NCBI GenBank assembly: GCA_010093995.1
Contig: ML992501.1
Span: 2,747,194-2,811,193 of the forward strand
From: Elsinoe ampelina
Lineage: Eukaryota
Direction: 5' to 3'
Length of the DNA: 64,000 nt
Positions 58,608 through 64,000 of this stretch are shown here, piece by piece. Both the position numbers and the translations under genes were made by a program. Positions within the stretch are counted from its first letter, which is position 1. Each line of letters opens with the position of its first letter. Under the pieces are notes generated by a model. That model saw only the letters and a list, made by a program, of their open reading frames with translations, ran no database searches and was not told the origin of the DNA.

Positions 58608-61600
58608 TTAATAACTCAATAAATAGACGTAATTAACCTCTTATCTTGCTAGTTGTAATTACTATATCGAGACTTTAAAACGACCGCGACTAAGTAATAG
58701 AGCTATTAAATTATCTAGTTATTCTACTACTTATATAACTACTAATAACTACTACTTATAAAGAATTAAAGAATTAAAGAAGAAGCTATTATAACTATAA
58801 TTCCTACGTATACTATAATAGATCCTCGCTACCGCTATATAGGTTAATACTATAAACCTTAAAGATATAAGAAGAAGGTAATAAGTTAAGTTATAGATAA
58901 CTCTTAAAGAAAGTAAGCTACTAGCTAAAAATTTTAATATCTCCTTTATTACGTATTAACGTTTTATACTGTTTTATTTATAACTAACTACGCTAAGCAT
59001 AGCTCGATCTAACTATAGCGACGAAGAGCGCTACTAAAGTAAGCTACCTTAACCTATCTCTAATAATAATAACACTCCTATCTACTCTCTCTACTATAAT
59101 CTTTTTACCCTCTCTAACGCTATACTTCTTAAGAAGCTATAGGAAGAGCATAGTATATAGGCACTAAGAGACATATTTAACTATATTAAGTCCTTCTATA
59201 ATAAGTAAACTACGTAGGTAAAAGGCACTTATACTAATACTCTCTACTATTACTATAAGTTAGATACTACTTAGGCCTAGCTTAGCAACTTCTAATCTAA
59301 ACTAGATATATCTTAGTCCTATACTAACAGCGTTACTACCTAAGCTACTTACTACCTAGACAAAATCTAAGAGCTTAAGGCTAAGGTAAACTAACTAAGA
59401 AACGAGATAGGGCGTAGTATACTAGCCCTTTCTATACGTAGCTCTACCTTATTAGAAAAGATACTAGACTCTACTATCTTTAGCATAGGTACACTAGAGT
59501 AGTTTAAGGTCTTTAAGCACTAGATAAGGAATAAGATATGCACTAATATAGATTATTTCTCTATAAGAGATACCTAGTTTGCCTATCTATACTTACGCCT
59601 CTCTAGAGAAGCTTATACCCTTATTATAGACTTAGCTAGTAACGACGTTATTAGCGTTAAAGAGGTCCTTACTCTCCTAGCCTAGCGCTTCGAGAATCCT
59701 AACTATAGGGCTACTATATATAATTAGTTTACTAACCTCTTCTAGCGTAATATTATATTTAACTTCTTTATTAGTAAGTTTAATAAGTATGCCCTTTACG
59801 CTAAGATCGCTAAAGAGGAGTAGCTATACTAGATCTATTAGAAGATATCTAATAAGCTATATAATACTCTAGTTAACTATAATACTAATAACCTTACTAC
59901 CTTTATTACTAAGGCCTACGCTACTAACTATAACATCTAATAGAATAACCTTATTACTAAGCATACTTAGGTTTTGCGTTCTATACTAGCTATAAGCTAC
60001 ACTACTACTATACTTACTTATGTACCTTATTCTACCTTCGCGCCTATAGCTCTACCTACCTTCTACCCTATTACTAGAGGTACTTCGTAGCCTTTCTATC
60101 TAGCTCTAGTACTTACCTATTACACATGTAGTAAGCCTAGATATATCTCTACTAAGTATATAGCTAGCGCCTTAGAGAAGGCTACTTACGCTACTATACG
60201 CCCTACACGTATTAGCGCTATAGAGGAGATATAGTAGCTTTAGAATTACTTAGCTAAATTAAGTAACTAGGTCGACACTAGTTTAGCCTATAAACTAGAT
60301 CTAGTTTAGCCTTAGTTTAACCCCGAAATAGACTATAAGTCTACTAGCTACTCTAGCTAAAGAAATAAGTAGCTAGAGGACAAGTTCTATTCTCTAGCGG
60401 AATAAGAGTAATTTAAGATAGATCTAGAGGAGGTGTATATTTAATAAACAGCGTTATTAGCTACTATATCCTTGCTATTATAACTCCTATCACTATTTAC
60501 GACTCTTACGACCGCTCTTGCACTATTACGCTCTAAGCCTTTATTAATACTAGTACGCTTATTAGCGCCGTAGTTAATTATAACGTCCTTAATAAGCTAA
60601 AGAGCTTCGGCTACCCCGTAGCGTTAGCTAGCCCTATTTAGCTTTAGGCTTACAATAGTATTCTAATAGAGTAAGTTACTTATAGCGTTCCCCTTACTAC
60701 TACTGTCTCTAGTAAGCTAAACGCTTTTACTACCTTTCGTATTATAGATATATTATATCGGCCGTTTCGATATTATTCTCGGCCTCGGCTAGCTTAAGGC
60801 TAATAGGGCTACTATTAACTATAAGTACGGCTAAGTCACGTATAAAGAAGAGTTTTTACTAGTCGTCGTTAAGTAGAAGCTACCGTAGCTAATTAAAGAG
60901 CTAGGATCTAGATCTAAGCCTAGCTCGGATCTAGGAATCTAACTCGGTAAAGCTACTATTCTAGTTTAGAACTAGTTCGGTTCTAGTTTAACTTGTAAAC
61001 TAGGTTCTAGTTTAGCTACTAAGTTAGAACGAACTAGACTATATCGACTACTAGCTCTTAGGTCGAACTTTAAGCTAAATTAGGGAGAGTTTAAGCTAAT
61101 CTCCTATAGTACTTAGTTAATATATAAGTTCTTCTACTTACCTACCTACATAAGTAACGCTAAATAGAAAGAGCCGACTATTGCCTTTATCGGCGTAGCT
61201 GCCTTTCTATTAGTAGCTAAATACTAAAAGAATAAGGTGTTTATAATCTTAGTAAAGAACATTAAGGACTACTACTAGATAGCCTCTAAGCTAGAACTAG
61301 ATCCTATAGTAGTTCTTCTAGAGGAGCTTTAAGAGTTTACTAATGTCTTCTCTAAAGAATAATTTAATATGCTTCCTTAGCATCGGCTAGGATTTAACAA
61401 CTAGATTACGCTTAAGGATAGTACTAAACTACCGCGCACGAAACCCCTATAGTACCTATCCCCTGAGGAACTTAATATAGTAGAGCAATTTATTCGTAAA
61501 TACCTTAATAAAGGCTTTATTATACTAAGCTCCGCTAGCTACTTATTACCTATTCTCTTTGTTTATAAGCTAGGCAGAGGTCTCCGCCTCTATATCGATT

Positions 61601-64000
61601 ATTGTAGCCTTAATAAGGTAACTAAGTAAGATATCTATCCGCTGCCTCTTATTAAAGAAACACTTACGTGCGTAAGTAAGGCTAAATAGTTTAGTAAGAT
61701 CGACATCTATTAAGCCTTCTACTACCTCCGTAACTCTATCGACAGTAAAGATCTTACTATATTCTTTATATATATAAGTAACTTTAAGTAGCTAGTAATA
61801 CTATTCGGCTTTACTAATGCCTCTATAGTCTAGTAGAGGTTTATAAATTATAACTTTGTCGATATACTAGAGCGCTTTATGTCGATCTACCTAGATAATA
61901 TTCTTATCTATATAAACGGCTCCTACTAAGAGCATGCTAAGTATATTAAGCTAGTGCTTTAGAGGCTCTATAAATTAGGCCTAAACGCTAACATTAAGAA
62001 GAGTAAGTTCTACCTAATAGAGGTAAAGTATCTTAGTATTATTATTAGCTAAGATAGAGTTAAAATAGATCTAAAGAAGATAGAAGCTATATAAGCCTAG
62101 AAATAGCTAGCTCCTAGTAACACTACTTAGTTAAGAAGCTTTATTAGTTTCTATAGCTACTATTGCTACTTTATTAAGGGATTTAGTACTATCGCTAAGC
62201 TACTAAATAATCTCCTTAAGAAGGACGCTATACTATAGAATAATAAGTATACTACCGTATTTAACTATATTAAGTACACTATTATAAGTGCGCCTATCCT
62301 TATATACTTTAATTGCTTAAAGTAGATAGTCCTTAAGACTAACGCCTCCGACACTACTACTACTAGAATCCTATTATAATATAACAAGTCTAATGTTCTC
62401 TAGCCTATTATCTTTTTTAGTAAATCTATAAATAAAGCCGAACGTAACTATACTATCTACGATAAGAAACTACTAGCTATTATCTAAGCCTTTAAGGAGT
62501 AGGCCTCTAAGCTTATAAGTACTTAATCTAATAAGGCTATCTACGTTCTTACTAACTACTAATCCTTAATGCACTTTATAAAGACTTAGAAGCTATTACG
62601 CTACTAAGCGCGCTAGGCTCTCTACCTTATATAGTTTAACTTTAAGATTATATATAGGCCTAGCGCCGCTAATAGTAAGGCTAATACACTTATAAGGAGA
62701 AATAGAGATATACTATATTCGAAAGAAGACTCTAATCTACGCTAGACGCTACTACTATATAAGGTGCTAGATTAGCGTATTATTAACGAACTAAATCTAG
62801 GTTATATCCGAACTAGATTACTAATCTAAGCCGAACTAAGATCTAGTTTAGTATCTAGTTTATAAACTAGTTTATCGTCTAGTTTGTTACCTATTTCACC
62901 TCCTATTTCGCTACCTGTATTAGCGCCTATTTCGGCTACTAAACTAGCTATCTACGTGGCACCTATCTTAGCTATAGAAGAGCCTTTACCCCTTTTCGAC
63001 GAAGTAGCTAAAGCTAACCTATAAGACCTTAATTTCGAGACAGTTTATAGTATCTACTATATAATAGAAGCCTTCCTAAAGAGGAAATAGCTACTATTAA
63101 CTAATGTTACGATTAAAAAGGGGATACTATAGGCCGATAGCTAACTAATTATGCCTTTCTCTATAGCTACGAAGGTTATCTAAGGAGTTTATACATCGAA
63201 GAATTATATACACGTAGGAGCTACTAAGATAGCTACTATAATAAAGTCTACTTTCTATATCCCTAGATATAATAGTAACGTTAAGAGGTTCGTTACTAAC
63301 TGTTATAACTATAAGTATTTAAAGGCTCGTTATAGTTTACTAGCTAGCCTCTTATTACTATTGCCTATTCCGGAAAAGCCTTAGTAATATATTACTATAG
63401 ACTTTGTTACTAGCCTACCCTTAGTAGATAGCTATAACGTAGTACTATATGTTATTAATTACTTATCTAAGGAATAACACTTAATCTCTTACTTCTCTAG
63501 AGAAGAAGGCACCTTAGTATTTAAAACTACTAAGTTGTTATTCTTCTACGTTTAGAGACTATATAGCCTACTAGATAGTATTACCTCTAACTATAGCCCT
63601 TAGTTCGTTAGCGACGTATAGAAAAGACTCTACTAAATCCTAAAGATTACTACTAAGCTATCTACTATAGGGCACCTATAAATAGACAGCTAATTAGAGG
63701 TTATAAATTGTAAGTTTAAGTAGGTTATTCGTTTATATACTACATATTTTAGTAATTAGACCCTTGTTCTACTAGTAGTAGAGTTCTCTACTAATACTAG
63801 CCTATTAGAAAGTATAAAGCTATTACTATTCGAGGTTACTAGAGAATACAAGCCTAGGCTAAGCTTCTAGCCCCCTTTTAACGCACTATTAATAAGAGCT
63901 AAGCTAAATAAGGCCGACATTCGCGCCCTTACTAAGCAACTAGAAGAAGCGCTAGCTATTGCTAAGGCTAACCTCGCCGTTGCCTAATTACGAATAGTAG

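Larger units (their letters stand above)
24110..64000. repeat. AT-rich RIP-mutated transposon block
   Basis: Abrupt switch to TpA-saturated, CpA/TpG-depleted sequence; almost no ORFs; recognisable TE domains full of TAA/TAG. Confidence 0.95.
51621..64000 (+). mobile_element. Ty3/Gypsy chromovirus A, copy A3 (5' LTR split by Gypsy B; 3' end beyond window)
   Basis: LTR halves 51621-51773 and 58613-58661; zinc knuckle ~60120-60160; RT IDYCSLNKVT..IYPLPLI ~61600, IYLD(D)ILIY ~61890; integrase ~63390 onward; less mutated than A1/A2. Confidence 0.92.

Overview
Filamentous-ascomycete genomic DNA (short GT-AG introns with CTRAC branch sites, a Zn2Cys6 gene, RIP-type TpA excess; Dothideomycete-like is my inference). 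It has two compartments. (1) 1-~24.1 kb is gene-dense and GC-balanced: eight diverged BTB/POZ paralogs sharing one phase-1 intron (two on -, a tandem array of six on +) surround a Zn2Cys6 factor with a GC-AG intron, an NFKBIL1-like HPD protein, a 4xRRM Mrn1/Nrd1 protein, a secreted Cys-rich protein and a frameshifted NADH:flavin oxidoreductase. (2) ~24.1-64 kb is an AT-rich, heavily RIP-mutated nest of transposons: three copies of one Ty3/Gypsy element (A), a second Gypsy (B) inside an A LTR, and two different hAT transposons inside copy A1. Main result from hand translation with RIP reversed: both hAT elements carry the same head-to-head cargo cassette, a two-intron histone H3-like gene with some CenH3-like features and an unknown protein with an acidic tail. 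Gypsy B carries an antisense Zn2Cys6 + coiled-coil ORF. Copies A1 and A2 have swapped target-site duplications. Splice sites and RIP-reversed proteins were read by hand and need computational confirmation.
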